Below are positions 25,511-38,700 of a DNA stretch of 64,000 nt, in pieces; position 1 is the first letter of the stretch; every line of letters begins with the position of its first letter. The notes under the pieces are model-generated. The model was not told the DNA's origin. It ran no database searches and saw only the letters and a list, made by a program, of their open reading frames with translations. The DNA lies in the NCBI GenBank assembly GCA_000934665.2, contig KZ538021.1, positions 62,001-126,000 on the forward strand, given 5' to 3'. This stretch comes from Catajapyx aquilonaris (taxonomy: Eukaryota). The position numbers and the translations under genes were made by a program.

Positions 25511-28500
25511 CAAGTTTACTCTTGTCCGACCAATACGAAAGCCGGTATTATAAAACTAGTTCGGTCTGGGTGGAAAACAAGGCAGGTTTTGGTAGATCCA
25601 GTGGACCGTGACAAGTTTCTCACTCGGGTCCGGGTCTTTAAGATGGTATCAGGCTGGATCCTTACACACCAGCGTCCCATCTGCACCTAAAAGGGAGCAT
25701 GTCTGAGCATTGGCCCGTGATAAACGTGACAGGGGTTTTCACGGAGGTGACAGCATCGCAGTGGTTCTGCGACAGACTATCCATTACCTTTGCTAACTAG
25801 CTCTCTTATTAATTGAAGACGAAAGAAGGTAGACAAAAAGGGAATGAACAATGCGGTCCTAACTCTTAAGGCTTGGTTCTGCTGATGAGGGGTGTGGAGG
25901 GTTTTTCTCGAGTGTGGAGGGAGGGGGAGATGAGGCCCTCTCTCCGTCTTATCTCCTTAACTCGCTGTTTGTCAATTTACCGCATGTAATTGGGCCATAA
26001 AAAGCCCATTCGACAGAGGCCCTATTAACTTTGACACGCATAACGGCCAGCCAATGAATCTACAACATTGGCTGCAGCACTCGACTCAAATTAAATTCCC
26101 CCGCATCCCTGTACAGTAAAGAGGAGTTGGGGGGGGGGGGACGCCTGATGAGCTCGGTCATTTTAACAGGCCAGGCGTGGATGAGCCCGCATGGTAATTG
26201 GGGGACTCGGGCCATTACCAGCCATCTTATGTGGGCCCCCTTTTTTCCACGTGTTTTCACCAACCCCCAGCAGCATTATTTCCAGCTGCTACTTTTAATC
26301 ATAAGATTCGCTTAATAAGCTAGGGTTGGGCCACACCAAAAAATTGGACGGGGATTGATAGCTTCTTAATCTCGTTTGTTTTGATTTTGAAATGAGCATC
26401 TCCCCCCCCCCCCCTATGGTTAATTCATATACTAATGTGCATTCCAAATTGGTTTTCATGTATGGAATTACCATTTCTGCACGCTTCGCTTCCTACGTGT
26501 TATACACAGGGCGTTCCGACAGGTTTGATTAAATTTACAGATAGTTGCAGGGTACTATTTTAAATACTGCTTTATATTTGACACCTTTCATGTAAAGTGA
26601 ATTAACTTATATGTTATACGTGATGGCCTTATAAATGTAAGGGTCTTCATGAGTGACAAAAGGCCGCAAAGTGGTCTTTCCATAGGGAGGAAAATAGTCA
26701 TCTGCAAAGGTTGATTGGAGCTGGGGGGTAGGGGGTGGGGGGGACCCTGTCCTGAATCAGCAACATCATTTCTCTCGGGCCTAATTTCCCCCGAGCGGAG
26801 AAATGCAGGGCAGACACACACACACAACAGCCCAAGTCTCCTTTCCGCCATCAATTTCCTGCTGATTTCCTGTCGCCGGACAGTAATTGCCGGCGATCCG
26901 AAGCGCGATACCATTCCAGCAATTGGAGGGGGGGACGATGTTGGCTGGAGGGTGCCTCGCACAAGAACTGCTCAAAAATCAACTCAGGTCAACTTCCCAA
27001 AAAACATCTGTCTCCTGTTGTTCTGTGCACTCAACAATTACGGGTGGAAGAGAGAGAATTAAAAAAAAGTTTTGTTGGTTGTTTACAAGGCAAGAAAACC
27101 AAATTTTTGGAGAGAAAATTGTCTTGTCGCGCCTGGTTTAACAACCAATGCGTCTTCTTTTCAGCATCAGTCAACACATTTAACGCTAACCAAACCTGAA
27201 ATAACTCTTTGAGTAGAGGGAGGGGGAATCGCTATGATGGCTGTCCCTTTGCCCCATTCAACACACCTGGAATCACTCGATTCTTATCTCACAAGACCCT
27301 GCACCTGCACCATTGACATTTCAGGCACGTACGGAATATGGATTCCTCGCTGCATCTCCTCAACTCTCATTGTTACGCGTAAATAAGCGCATACTAATCA
27401 CACTTGGTGTGTTGAATATACACGCAAAGGGGGAACAACTTCTTGATTATATGTGTAAGACATAATCACCCAAACTGGAATCATGACGGATTTATTTAAT
27501 TTATTTATGATTTGTGAAGAATTCATTGAAGATTCTGCAGGGGATTTACGAATCATTATTAATGAATCAGTTTATGAAGGTTAATGCAGTTTTGGAGACC
27601 GATAATTTTTTTACCGTATGTTATTATATAAGTACCGGTATGAATTTTATAAGAATGCGAGTAAGTCAGAAAATAGATAATCCGGATTTAAATTGTGTGA
27701 ACGTATGCTCGGATTTACAAAGTGGCTTCCCTTCGTATACTGTACACACTATCACTTTTCTTTGTTTATTCTTGGTCGGCAGCCCCACCCCATTGCCAAA
27801 TATGTGAGGGTTACAAGTATGGGCAGCCATTTTTAATCGGCTCCTCTGACACCTTATTATATTCCATGCATAACCGGCGCTGGTCCATATTAGTACTTGG
27901 TGTCAGGAACAAATGGCGCTGACTGTCGAGCGTAACGGACTTGAAAGCTGTCGCACGACTTGTTTGGTAACTTAATAAGCAACTGTTCATGTAATGCAGG
28001 GTGAGTAATTACGAGGAAAGTTGGCACCGCTGACAAATAGACTGTAGTTTTTGCGGGATATTTCCATGCAATTTGCATATTGCAGTGGCACAATTGCAGA
28101 GCATGCAAAAAAAAGGCCCCCTCTGGCAATTATTTTTGTTGGATCCTAATTGGGGCGATTTGTTTTCAGATATCGGTTCAATGCTGACTAAGTGGTACAA
28201 TTTATACTCTGAACAGTGAAGTACGGTATAAATCAATATATTCATTTACTCCCAACACTTCCTGATATTTTACTCTATAAAATTTTAAATGAGGCAGTCC
28301 CTTGCACTACCGGTAATTTGAAAGACATTTAATGAATTCACATTAGACAACTTCTGCTTCTGAATAATTTGCTGCATATAATTATTATGTGGGACGCGGG
28401 ACAGAAAATAATTTTGCTCCATCAAATGGAAATAAATAAGTTGAAGGATTACATTTTTTGTAACCTACTGATAATGATGCTCAATAATCTCTCGTAAAAA

Positions 28501-30036
28501 CCTGTATTAGCTGAAATTTTCAACAATTACGTATTTAACGGCCATTAATTGCAGACTGTAAATTCATATTGCTGAATATTATAATAAAGAAGTTTGTAAA
28601 ACATGACGCCTTACACTTTGAGAACGTGGTTGTAAAAGTCGCAGAAAATATTGTGACCTATTTTTTTTGTCGTGTTAATACAGACACCTTTCAACAAGCC
28701 TTTCAAGTTGGTGTTAACATTTACTACATCCGTTACAAATGGGGGCTCAAATGACGTTATTTCACCATATGCTAAACATAAAAATCCTCATATACATTCT
28801 CAGTAAAAACACTGTAAACATCCAAATGAATGGCGCCTGCACATGTTAGTAATTTTAGACTCAAAAGTTTGGTTGACCGCCAAATTCCTAAGGACACCAA
28901 CACAGCATCACAACAGATTGACAATCTCAACAATTCACTGACTCTCTCGCACCTCTTATCCGATGACCACATTCAAACGGGATTCATCTCGATAGTAAAC
29001 CACGCGGAAAGAAGGGTGCGGCCTTGACAAAAAAAAAAAGGAGAATCAGCCTAAGCATAAAAAAAGAAGTGAACAAGACCCCCAACGACCCAATGGAATC
29101 CACCCTGGGTTTTTGAATAGGCGTGGTGGCATTTCCTTTCACTTCCACGTATACACCTTTTCAATCGCATCACAAACTGCCCAGAGTTAGTGTCAGCTGC
29201 CACTTTACATATGCCCCAGCCTGCCTTTATCTGCGTGTTATCTACCTTTCCTTATTACTACCGCTCATCCCCCCAAGCCACGCCTACCAACTAAACAACT
29301 CAGGGACCCTATTATACCAACGCCAGCATAGTGATGAAGCCAACATCCATAACGGTGTGTTTACGTGAACATGCAGTCTTATTTTGGAAAAGCACCCCCC
29401 CTCGTGACCGGAGGCGTCTGTTTAAAAAAAAAAAAACTATCCAAGTTACCACCTTTTACGACTTGTGATTATTATTTGCCACCCCCCAGGGGAAAAAAAT
29501 AAAGAGGTTGCTTAAGAGTATTTTGGTAATGAGGCTCATGCACCGTCAATTACAACTTCATTTCTTGTCTCGTCAAGGTGATGGATGCTGCCTGTAAGTG
29601 CGTTTATTAACGCGGCATCCTGGAGCTCTCTCTCGGATTGTTTTACAGGAGATGACTCGTTTGCATCAAGTTTTTTGGCAGGCGACCTGAGATGAATGCC
29701 GATCACTTGCGCAATAATTGCATTCCTAATCATGCGTCTATGTAGCCAATGCAAATATGGAAGCATCCGATGCATAAATATAACTGACAATGATTTTTCA
29801 TTAATTTGGTCTACACTTGTCGATAGTGATTACACTGACAGTGAGTCAACTAAAACCTGTTGCAATAACATGACGATAGTAATTGCTTTTGGGTATAGTT
29901 TTGCGGTTGTAACAGTCTCTCACGAAAAGTGAACGTGTCCATAATTGCATATGCACTGGTTTGGTGTTACGCCTCCCTTGTTAAGTGCAAGCAGAGAGGG
30001 GTTTTATATATATACATATGGAAAGAGCTGGCTCAC

Positions 30037-30209
30037 CTGAGTTTCTGTGAGAGAAAGCGCCTGCGCCAGTTGTTTCCTCTCGGCGCCCACCACGTAATGA
30101 TTCTTCTCGAAGGCGTGTTCCAGTTTGAGGAGTTGGCTTGGACTAAAGGCCGTCCTGATCCTCTTGGGTTTCCTGAACGGTTGGAGGAGGAAGCCTGGAA
30201 GCTCGGGAC
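30037..30209 (-). CDS. Emx: Emx coding exon 2 (homeodomain residues 1-44)
   Basis: Acceptor tttcgcAG, phase 1, matches exon 1. It encodes [58 protein letters not shown], which is diagnostic for Emx. Phase-0 GTGAGC donor. Confidence 0.97.
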
Positions 30210-32667
30210 CTGCGAAATGATGGGCCCAATTTGCTACAAAATTTACCGCAATAATATCCGAGGGGTCTGCAGAAAACAACTGCCTTAAACCTAGGACTTA
30301 AAAGTAACCCAGTCATTTTTAGTGAATAATTGCTTCAATCTACGGCCATTCCTTTTACGGTACATCCGGCTGCATGAGCCAACGCGTCACATTTTGCCAT
30401 TTTTCATGCCAAAATATCACACACTATTTTAAAAACTATTTTTGGCCTGTTTTAACACATCAGTGGACTTTCTCATAATTATATGAACCCTTTGTTAGGT
30501 GCAAATGTGAAACGAAATAATCTAATAAATAGGAGGCAATTTAGCTTGGCTGAGCTGTACTGTTTACATGGTGCTTTGAAAGCTAAGTATCGGCATTGCT
30601 GCACCTGACTATAACGCTTAGTCTATATGATCCATAATTCGGGGGAATATTCCACGTCGGAAAGTTAATTGGCGCGTGTATTGTCTCGTCATTTATTGGT
30701 TTGTTATGCTCATAGTTGCGAAATATTTTGAGCGATACAGCTGCTGATGGACGTGCTGCATGTGGGGTATAAAAGCAACAAAGCTTGGGTTGTGCTGGTT
30801 GAAACAGTAGACTAATGCAACAGGCACTGGAATGTTTGGCTTTTTCTTTTGTGAAACCATAGGGTAGTCTGATTCAACACACGCCAAGGACATCACAGAG
30901 AGGAACATTATTCTAAATGCGCATTATAAGCATGTATCTGGAAATTATGACGGTAGTGCACCACACTCTCTCTGACTATAATGCCTTTTGGTGGTGTATA
31001 CAATCGCATCAGAGATCATATTTCAGCGGCATATTCATCCAGCGTTTTTTATGTGACTAATAAGGCTGCTTGAAGTAAGCTTTATTACGATGAGCACAGG
31101 GTTTTCACTATTTACTGTCTGGGAGCAGTGAATAACAATATTCGTGTCAAACATTTTGGTTGACATTTACTCCGAGTGTAATCAACAGCAAGGAATATTT
31201 GAATTCAGAAAGCGCTTACGTTATTATAACAAATATAATGACTTCGTGTGCTCACAGCAGCTGAGATATATGCACAGGATTTCCTCTTCCCGACAAAACT
31301 GCATTGCTCATGCTGAATGCAGAAACAATGCAATGCTAATGCAAATGGTGCAACTGAGAAAAACACGATTTGACATGGCTAAGTAATAGGACTCAGAGTA
31401 ATGAGCAGTATACAGTAGTTTCCTTTGCATATACCGGTTTCGGGTGTTGTGCAGGGTTCTTGCCATATTCCGATTCGCAAAATGTTTGAATTTTGAGAGA
31501 AAAAAGTAAGCTTAGGTTTATTTGTCATAACCTATACGGAGACAGTGCAGAGAAACTTCTTCTGGGAAAGTCTAAAGGACCGGTTTAGAGGATGCAGTTT
31601 GATGTGCAATTTTATATTCATAATTATGCTGCCCAACATAACAGTTTGTGTCTGGCAAAAACACTTGAGAGTTTTTCAGAGAGTATGAGATTGAATTTAT
31701 GTACACATTACCATTTTTATGCGCATAATAGAATTCCACAATATTATAATGTGCTTGTTACACGCAATCTGGCTTGAACAGCCAACAGATCCATAGTCTA
31801 TAAATCTGCTACATACATTCAATCTTATTTTATGAAAAGAATGCAACACATCTGAGCCTTGGTTTATTATTGAGTGTACTGATGACGTGTGGACAATTAT
31901 GATTCACACATTGCGCAAATTTTACAAAAATGTTTACGCGCTCTTAGATTATATAGAGTTTCTCTTTCGTTTGCAAGATTGTATGAAGTACAAATCTGTC
32001 AAATGCTGAATTACACGATTTCAGTCGTCAGATTAAAAAAAAAGAGTTGGAATTAATGATGCTGTATTTTGGTTTCAGATAACTCCTCCCCGAATACTGC
32101 CCTATATTCAACGGATGTGTGCAAAATTATAGCTTCAGTATACCTCTGGCTTTATTACACGCCCATTCCAAATAATTATTCCGATTTTGTGGTTATAGCC
32201 TATTCTTTTTCTGAAGGGCTAAGGTGTCACTCGGTGCTTAGTTGATTAGTCGAACACACACCAAGCGATTTTACGCAACTTCACCACTGTAAGCTTGGAT
32301 TTTCATGGTGCAAATTAAGATTAGACCGCAGCGAGTTTTAAGAATGCAAGCAGCAGCGGACATATTCTACACCACTATTGATAGCATATCCGTATATCCT
32401 TTTGTGGAGGTTAATTGACACTAAAACCCATTTTTAAGAGCAACGTATGTACGTATCCTCGAACATATATCGCTGCTATATAAGCGGAGGTATATGAAAA
32501 TGTCATTGAACGTAGCAGGGTCAGTCCTGAATGCTTTTTTATTGTTCCGTTTGCTAATAACTTATTATTCAAAAAATGATTAAAAGCAATGCAATGACCT
32601 GCCATTGATGTAAAATTGCTTCAGTTCTTACAAAAACTAATGCGGTCATATCTGCAGGCATTTTCAA

Positions 32668-32729
32668 ACACAGAAGGATTCAGTGTCGACAAACTATATA
32701 TAGTTTGTCGACACTGAATCCTTCTGTGT
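32668..32729. repeat. Perfect 62-bp palindrome centred on TATATATA
   Basis: ACACAGAAGGATTCAGTGTCGACAAAC-TATATATA-GTTTGTCGACACTGAATCCTTCTGTGT. Confidence 0.95.
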
Positions 32730-32796
32730 GCGGGATCATAAGTCACATTAAATGCTCTTATATATAAGAGCATTTAATGTGACTTATGATCCCGCA
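32729..32796. repeat. Perfect 68-bp palindrome centred on TATATATA, abutting the previous one
   Basis: TGCGGGATCATAAGTCACATTAAATGCTCT-TATATATA-AGAGCATTTAATGTGACTTATGATCCCGCA. Confidence 0.95.
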
Positions 32797-35700
32797 TAAA
32801 TGTGCAAAATGTGGTACGCAGGTGCGCACAATACCCACAGCATTTAGGTCGCATGGCATCTAGGCGAAACATACCTTCCGGCGGAGGCGAACCTTTTGTT
32901 TTCTAGGTAACCCCTGTCGGGTTTGTGTAATCTGCCGGTGATTGTCAGTTGAATGACTTCAGGTTTGGCATTCATCCTGACTCTGCACAGTCCAATTAGT
33001 GGCGCTACACACACGGGTCAGGAGCCAGATTGGTAATTCCGATCCTCCTACATTTTGTCCCATCAACGCGAATCACTATAAAATTAACTCCCAGGTAAGA
33101 ATAAGGCATGCGTATATGTTGGCAGCCGTAATAAATTACATGCACCTAAAATGTCTTTGTGATGAAAGGGTTATGGGGCGTAAATCTCCGATATTCTGGT
33201 CACGGTGGATGTCGTTAGCCTATTTTGTGCCATCAAAATGGGTTGGGTCTGCTGATGCAAATGAAAAGACCTGTCGCCCATTCTGCTCGGGCTTGGGAAT
33301 CTAGCCGCTGACGATATATTATAATGAGGACGAAAATGGCAAGCGTATGTTTTTGCAACATCAAGCAGTGTGACAGAGACAATGTGCGATGGTATCTGCA
33401 AACATATGTGGTTCAACAAAAGGAATAATATCCTTTTATTTTAGTTGTTTTCTAATGTGCATTTGATTGGGCTAATCATCAGATTGAGAATGAACACAAC
33501 TTGAACCTCATATCCCAGCATAGATAATGACTTCCATTTTGGACGTGTGGTTATCCAAATGGAGGGGAGGATTAGCAATGGCCATGTTGCAACTGCTGAA
33601 GAGGTCAGATAGGTATCTCTGGGGGAGTCAATTAACAGTGAGTTGTGTCGCGTTCGAGGCAGAGAGAGAAAAAAAAAGATGAACCGCAACAGCAGGAGGT
33701 GACTGCTCTTCGGCACCCCTCGCTTTTGAGTGACCCCCATTGGGGGGGATGCTCTGATATGGACAAAGGCCTTTGTCAGACCCACATAGGGCGTCTTTTC
33801 TATCAGGATCTAGCCTCTCACTTTCTTGACACCATAATGACAAAGTTGGTTATGCAGCTTTGATAGACAACAATCAATGAATGCTGTTTGGCTGTTGTTC
33901 GGCACATTCGCATTGCCTACAGTTATTGGAGAGTCGCTGATTGGGTGAGGAGGGCTCATTTGACCAGTTTTGTATACATTGTTACCACTGCAGTTAGGTT
34001 GTTATACATTTTCTCTTACACGGAAGAGTTGTGCGGTGGTGTCAACCTAGTTTTGTAAATCAGTTAAACCGTATAAACTTATCACCTGTTTATGGCTTGT
34101 GTACATTGCCGCCTAATTATTTTATCTTTGAACAAGGCTATAACTTACGGATAGGGTGGTAAATCAAGCCTTTCTATAGTATTCTAGGTATATTGGACAC
34201 TGCACGATACAGATACACTTGTCCGGTGACAGTAAATGGAGCGTCCTTCCTGTGTAAGTTAATGTTGATGGTCCATGTATGATTACATATACACATCGTC
34301 AAAGTTTATTACTGGTATTAAACTCTGCCACATATTTCAAGTTTTCCGTTGAATGTGCCCCCAACATTGCAGGTCACGACAAATAGTGTAATAGAAGAAT
34401 GGTAATTGTATTGTCATCGGACATCTAACTTCTAACTACGCCCCCTTTTCACCTCAGCCAATTGCGTGCGGGTTAAAGAACCACACCTCCCTGGCTAGCC
34501 AATAGTGTGAGGGTCGTCATTTCGAAGTTACCATATAACATTACATTTTAAAAATGTATTTCGTGGGTTAATTTAAAATATGAGTTCCAGAATACCCATG
34601 TCTTAGTCCATGTCAGCTGTAACAACTCACATCACTCTGGCATCATAATTGGTTTGTTCATTATAGTATCTAGAACATATATGAATATGAATAATGTTAT
34701 ATGCTTCTGGCAACTTTGAAGTTTTTCTTCTGGGGCTGATCCAAATGGGGTGCGCATTAAAAATATTCATGGTACTACGAATGAATAACACATGTCAAGT
34801 AATATCAAAACTAACTCGCAAGCCACAGCGCTTGTTATTATAGCGTTACTGTATATTATTGCCCAGAAATTATTCATATAATTTTTATGATACTAACAGT
34901 AGGTCTAATATTGTTAATGCATGTGTACATTTCGGTATACAGATATGTAACGCTAACATACTCGCACATCCTTGAGAAATGTGCAAACTTAGTGAGCCTA
35001 ATAGAGAACTATTGCACCCCTTCACGACATATAATTACGGCGAAGTGATGCCCTCCAAGTAAGAACATTGTCAATGTGGGGTGAGCATTGGGTCCGGGAC
35101 CCTCCCCAAGCATTAAAGGATGAACAAAAAAAATTCCGCGTATATAATTACGCACTTATGTACAGCCTTATAGAGCAGGGTGATTTAAGTTGCCTCCAAG
35201 TGTGTGGGACAGCAGGTGGGAGACATACAACTGGGTAATCACCAGGTACGCTGCAAAAATGTACCTGCGACGATGTAGATTACCCAGAGGCCCAATAAGA
35301 TTGTCCACTCAGATCTTTCATTATTGAGGCTCATTTGCTTGAGGAATGCTCTTGTTAGCTTCATTATACGCAACTTAACGGAATACTTTTTTTGGCAGGC
35401 ATGTGTTTCTTTACACTTTACAGTAACACTGACCAAAGTAATGTATATATATGCGATGTACTGTCCAAGACAAAAAGATGACGTCGGCTTGCGTCAGGAG
35501 TTCCAAAGAGGTCGCTGTAAAATCGGTGATGTCGCTGCTGCAATGATACTGTACGATTGAGTATACGTCAAGATTATTATTATCAAATCTATAATGCTGC
35601 AGGCTCACGTTGAAAACACCAAGTAAGTATAAATTGTACATACATCACTGAAATTTCCGTCATGAACTCGTTGAAGCAACTGATGTGTCCATATATCTTC

Positions 35701-38700
35701 ATCTTTTTGGCTAAGATAGTACATCTTTCGATAATATAATGATTTCCCATTTATTCTGTATGAGAGCGGATAAAGGGGGGACCCAAAACACAGAGCGACT
35801 CTCATAATGTTTGTGACAATGAAAACCGGCCGAAACAGTAGGCGAGTAATGGCGGAGAACAAATTGTAGAATTTCCATATTCTGGTAGCCATATATGTTG
35901 TCAATAATTAATATACATCGTGTAAAATAACGAATGTGACGAAATCCATTTTTGGTTAAAAATATAAACTTACGTGAAATAACACACGCAAGAGTTTAAT
36001 ATGTTCCAAATGTGCAATATTATACTTAGGCCGAGTTGTGTGTTACATTCAAGTTAGACCATGCCGAACTTGTGGTGGAATCTCAGACAGTAATGTACGT
36101 AGGCCTACTCCTAAGTTACAAATAAAATAATTTTTAAACATGTGAACTATCTGTATAGTTATTACTATATATAATAGACATGTAGTGAGGGAAAAGATGT
36201 GACCACTATATAAAAAGCCAATGTATAGTCTAATTGCCTGGGGTAGGGGTTTAAAAGCGGTTGTTGCAGGAGGCTTAAACATTGTTGTAATTTATCATTG
36301 TATACTCCACTTATTTAGGACGGGCATAGATCAAGCCCCCTATATCGTGTGGCCTAAATCCGACGCAAATGCGCTTATATAAGCCAAAGGAACCAAATCC
36401 ACGTATAATCTGTTTTACCTTGCACTGCACCAAAAACAGTTGCTGCGTATATGCTGCTGCGTGATATTTTAATAAACTGTGCCTAATGCACGTAACGATT
36501 ATACAAAGAAGGGACACCAGAAGAAGGGACACATATATATGGTTTGAATTGGCGTACTCCGAAAATGACACTGCTTTACAATTAATTTTTAAAAGAAGCT
36601 TTTAGGTTAAGAATCCCTTTATAGCTCTCTTTGTTGGTTTAATTGCAGAAAAAAGAGAAGAGGGGCGGGAATCATAACCTAATCCGTTTAATTTTGTCAC
36701 GATTGTGTTCGAAGCCAAGGGGCGCGGCTGGGGAAATCATTACAATGATGCTACGATAGAGTTTTGCCAGTGTAAAAACGTTCTTTAGAAAACTACTCTC
36801 GTATATAACAATAAGTTACTAACGGCAAACAGTGCAGTACGACAAATACATGCGTATAATTATGTTTAGTCCGGTTTAGTCTGTTTGTAATTACAGGCCC
36901 TATAATTTATAACAGGATATGGAAACAATCACTATACGACAGTTCACATTACAATAAATTTAAGATGTTCCGATAATTGGACAGTTTTCTTGCATATTAA
37001 ATCCGGTTTTTATGCAACAAATACCACGGTGTATTTATAGAATCATATGTGATATGCTGATATGTGCAATTTATATATGATGCAACATGTTACGAACAAA
37101 GCCAAACGAAGTGTCTGGTACTCATTATATAAAATGCTCATTAAAAACCCTCCGAGTTCAAGTCATTACCTTGCTCTAAATTATACATTATACTGAAGAT
37201 TCTGTGCATGCCTATACTGAAATATCATTGATAGAATTCCCTCAGTTCTTACGTAAATTACATGCATTAGGTGACGTATTTGTTACTAATTAGCGTTTGT
37301 TGTAGATTTTAATGAAAGAAATTATAAGGAAATATGCTGTAAATTCGACAGAGCAATTTATATCATTACAACTGAAGTACCGGTAATTGACTTGAAGAAC
37401 GTAAGAAAGCATGATAATGCCATGTTAATATAATCACAAAAACATTAGCAATCTTTAATTAGGTCTTAAATATTGCCATTATTGTATGAGAAGCGTTCTG
37501 ATAAGGCAAATAAGAGTGAAAACAATGATGGGGATCACTTGAGAATGTAAGGTATTTGATTATCAGGTGGCACTATATACGTATATTACTGTAAGTGACT
37601 GTCCATGTGCCATTGCGACGAAGAATTCCTCCATGCATGCTGTGCTTATACAGCACCATTCTCATTGAATCACAGAAATTGCGCAAGTTAATATGGGCAC
37701 AGAAAAACACTAATTATTAAGAAATAACTTAGTTGACAGAAAGTTGACCTAGTCGCAAACGGTGATTCATATTTGAAGCCCCTGACACATGCCCCTTGCA
37801 TCATGCATCTCCGGCATCTCGATTTACGTCGTTAAAGGCTGGGTTTTCTACATTTCCAACCCCTATATATGTGATAGTCAGTGATACCACGAAAACTTTC
37901 ATGGTGATAATAATTATTTGATGGGCTCATAAGAGGCGGATGCATATCTCCTGGTGAAGGGGCTGTTCCGCCAATTAAAAAGAATTTCTCCCCCTCTTAA
38001 AACCCATTAGTGTACCAATTTTCCTGCAATTCGTTGGTTTTGTAGCCTATATCAGCACCTATTTTAAAGAATTATTATGATGGCCTCAGAGTGTATGATG
38101 CTCACACTTGAAATTTTATGAGGCTAAGCTTGGTCTTGATAACTCAGCAACTAAAGCGAGTAACAGAGAGATTTTTTTCTGGAAAGGGCAGCCTTTTAAG
38201 CTTGGCGGCATCAAAAAATTGATTTACTTTATGCACATGATCTTCTGTATAAAACGTGGGAATGCTGGGGGTAACCAAGATTTCTTAATTATTTTTCATT
38301 TATCTTGGAATAACTTTGAATTCATTTCTATGTGCCTATATCGCAGTTGCAATTTTGTGCATTTATGGACATATAAAAATATAATTCATAAAAACAAGTG
38401 CATAAGATTGTTTTGCAGCAGTAGTGCAACACAGTTGAATGACAAGTCGGCTTACGGTTATATGCACTTTGCTGCACAAAGACAACAGAAAGACGTCCTG
38501 TCACTCATGACATTGCAAAACGAATATACTGACAAGTGAGTAAAAGACAGAACGTATCTTTAGTGATACATATTCTCGTCATGGTTCCAACTCTAGTTCA
38601 GAAACTAGTAATTTCGCAAGATGTACTCTGTACACAGTCGTACGAAAAACTTAGTTTTATCAGAAAATTCTAGGCATAATAATATTAGAAGTTATAAAAT

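Noticed and set aside
38108..38539. 143-aa ORF in Emx intron 1
   Set aside because: Non-ATG start, AT-rich non-coding composition, and no recognisable motif.
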